From Selaginella moellendorffii (lineage: Eukaryota; Plantae; Lycopodiophyta): a DNA stretch of 64,000 nucleotides. Position 1 is the first letter of the stretch. Each line of letters starts with the position of its first letter. This document shows, one piece after another, positions 61,801 to 64,000 of the stretch. The notes under the pieces are model-generated. The model saw nothing but the letters and a program-made list of their open reading frames with translations, ran no database searches and had not been told where the DNA came from. The stretch covers positions 1,467,208 through 1,531,207 of the forward strand of contig NW_003314302.1 of the NCBI RefSeq assembly GCF_000143415.4. Direction: 5' to 3'. Both the position numbers and the translations under genes were made by a program.

Positions 61801-61909
61801 GACGTTCCCATCAGAAAACTAGGCGACTGCTTTCAGGTAAACTACCTGTCTTCAGTATTATTCACTGAAAAAAATTTAAAGTACAAACTGCTATAGGAAC
61901 TTTAAACTG

Positions 61910-63540
61910 CTAGAGGACCTTTACCAACAAAGGTGTAGCCATCTCACTCGAGAGTTTGAGAACTTCGGTGAGATCCACGGGATGGAGGGAGTCTGCCTGG
62001 AACTGGAACTCTTGCACCAGTCGAGCAGTCCAGAGGAGAACAGTCGCAAGGCCGAGAGCTCGTCCGGGACACACTCGCCGACCAGCTCCGAATGGAGCGA
62101 GACGTAAGTCGGTTCCTTTCACGTCGATGTCTTGCTCAAGGAATCTCTCCGGGTTGAATTTCTCAGGCTCGGACCAGACGGATGGATCGTGAGTGATGGA
62201 CCACATGTTTACCATGGCCGTGGTGCCTGCAGGGATGTGGTGCCCGGCCAAGCTTACGTCGTGAATTGCCAGTCTTGCCCAAGAGAGCAGGGGACCCGGA
62301 GGATGCATTCTAAGAGCCTCCTTCACCACAGCTTGGAGGTACACCATTTTGTTGAGGTCGGATTCGGCAACTCTAGATTTTCCAGCCAAGCTAATGATCT
62401 CATCTCTCAACTTGCTCTGGATTTCAGGATGGAGGACGAGCTCTGCGACAATCCACTCGGTGAGAAGGGCAACGGTGTCAGTGCCTCGGAAAATCATCTC
62501 CTGCGAAGCATTCAACATGTAAGCTGTGGAAACAAGAAACAAGAATAATGTCGGTTGCTTACCCAGAGAACTGCGATCATGTCGGCGTCTTCGAGCTTGT
62601 CCTCACCATCCAGCGAGAGCAGCACATCCACAAAGTCAGGCTCGGCAGCTTTGGTAACCTGTTGGCGATGCTCGTCAATGATCTTCTGCACAAAGCTCGT
62701 CACTCGGGGAACCAGCACAGCACAGCGTTGGAGGATGTTTTGCGGATCGACTGCCTTTAGAGCTGGCAAGTGATCGGCCCAGTTGAACGCACCGAGCAGC
62801 TCGAATCCTTCCCTCACCATCTCAGAGAGCCGAGCAGCATCCTCAGAGCCATCCTCGAACCTCCTGCCGAACACCGTCTGCATGATGTTGTTAAGCGAAG
62901 CTCGCTGGAGAAAGTCCCGGACTCGGACAAGGCCGTGGTTTTCCGCTGCAAAGGTACTCATCGCTTTGATCATCCTGCTCGTCTCCTCCTGACGAGATGG
63001 CTCGTGAGCAGCAATCTGGCGCGGAGAGAAGAGATAGTTGGAGGCGATCCTTCGCAAGTTACGCCAGTACTCTCCATAGGGAGCAAAGCCGATTGCTCGT
63101 CCAAAAAGGAGCTGCTGAGCCGACTGCTTGAGAGGCCTGTCCGCGAACTCGGAGCTGTTGAGCAGCTCTCGTGCCACTTCCGGCTTGCTGGTGATGATCA
63201 TCCTCGTGTTACCCAGGCTGAAGGCCATGAGCTCCTTCGCATGGTACTTCTCGGCAAGCTTGGCCAACTTTCGGTGAGCTTGGCCTCCCATCTCCGTGAG
63301 GACTCCAAGCACTGGCCATCCTCGGGGCCCCGGGATCGTCTGCTTCTTCCTCAGCGTCCTCCCCCATGCATTGCCACCGGGAACAAGCCAAGAAGCCAGG
63401 ATCGCCGAGACGGCAGCTACAACCAGCATGGCCAGAGCAGCAGCGACAACTCTCCATGCATGATCGTTGGCGTCGGCAGACAAATGCCGGGAACAAAAAG
63501 GCAGAGTGAGGATCCACCAATCAAATCCAGAAGACTCCAT
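61910..63540 (-). CDS. CYP78A: Cytochrome P450 CYP78A family (KLU-like), 2 exons (63540-62563, 62500-61910)
   Basis: [41 protein letters not shown]|[26 protein letters not shown], heme motif [11 protein letters not shown]. One 62-nt GT-AG intron. Confidence 0.93.
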
Positions 63541-64000
63541 GATCGCGATTGCGTTGAGGAGGACAGCCAGAGAAGAGCACGAGATGCTGCTCTTCGTTCG
63601 AGAGATGGTTCGTTTTATAGTGGCAAGGAAGGAGTTATCCGGAAGTGCATGCTTGGAAATTATTGGCGTAGGAGCAGCATGCTCGAATTGGTAAGTGCCA
63701 ATTTCTAGTTCTGCTCTTCCATTTGGATTTTTCTCAAAAGTTTAACCTGTCACTACCTTTTGCAGACTTCCACCCGGTGAGTGGGAAGGAATGTCCAAGA
63801 TCTGTGGCACCCGCGCACATTGCTGCAGCAGTCTCTGTAGCGACTGGAGGGAGTTTCATTTTACATAGGCTGTGATCCAAAGGTACATCAAAGTTTGCTA
63901 TTGTAGTTATTGTCTATATAATATTGTAGATTTGTGCAACGTATATGAGCGAAGCTCTTCCTCCAGCAATCTAGTCCCTCATTGTTCGGCAGTGGAACCT

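Noticed and set aside
62770-63708. 312-aa antisense ORF over CYP78A, and similar ORFs over the PPR at 51.3-52.9 kb
   Set aside because: Shadow ORFs of GC-rich coding sequence with no recognisable motifs.

Overview
Eukaryotic plant genomic DNA with compact genes, ~50-65 nt GT-AG introns and many PLS/DYW PPR genes. This pattern suggests a lycophyte such as Selaginella (inference, not verified). Layout: the 3' part of a NudC-type Nudix hydrolase gene (<1-1425, +); a ~37 kb island of nested Ty3/Gypsy LTR retrotransposons (~2.5-39.8 kb); then a gene-dense block with a BEACH-WD40 gene (BchB-like), a PLS-E PPR, an RBP45/47-like triple-RRM gene, a PPR-DYW gene flanked by two PPR pseudogenes, and CYP78A. 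Four elements in the island resolve to both LTRs and target-site duplications: chromoviruses A and C, and non-autonomous elements B and D. They sit in older LTR and pol remnants. The main finding is in the integrase of chromovirus C, which is interrupted by two short sense-strand GT-AG introns (47 and 52 nt). Removing them exactly restores HPQT^DGQTERVN and KLTQR^FVGPY. One lies just before the catalytic Glu and the other just before the GPY/chromodomain module, suggesting an intron-bearing, possibly splicing-controlled LTR retrotransposon. Other points: two apparent autonomous/non-autonomous element pairs, a triple ABRE/G-box in a very young LTR, and a candidate poison cassette exon in the RBP45/47 gene. 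All coordinates were read by eye.
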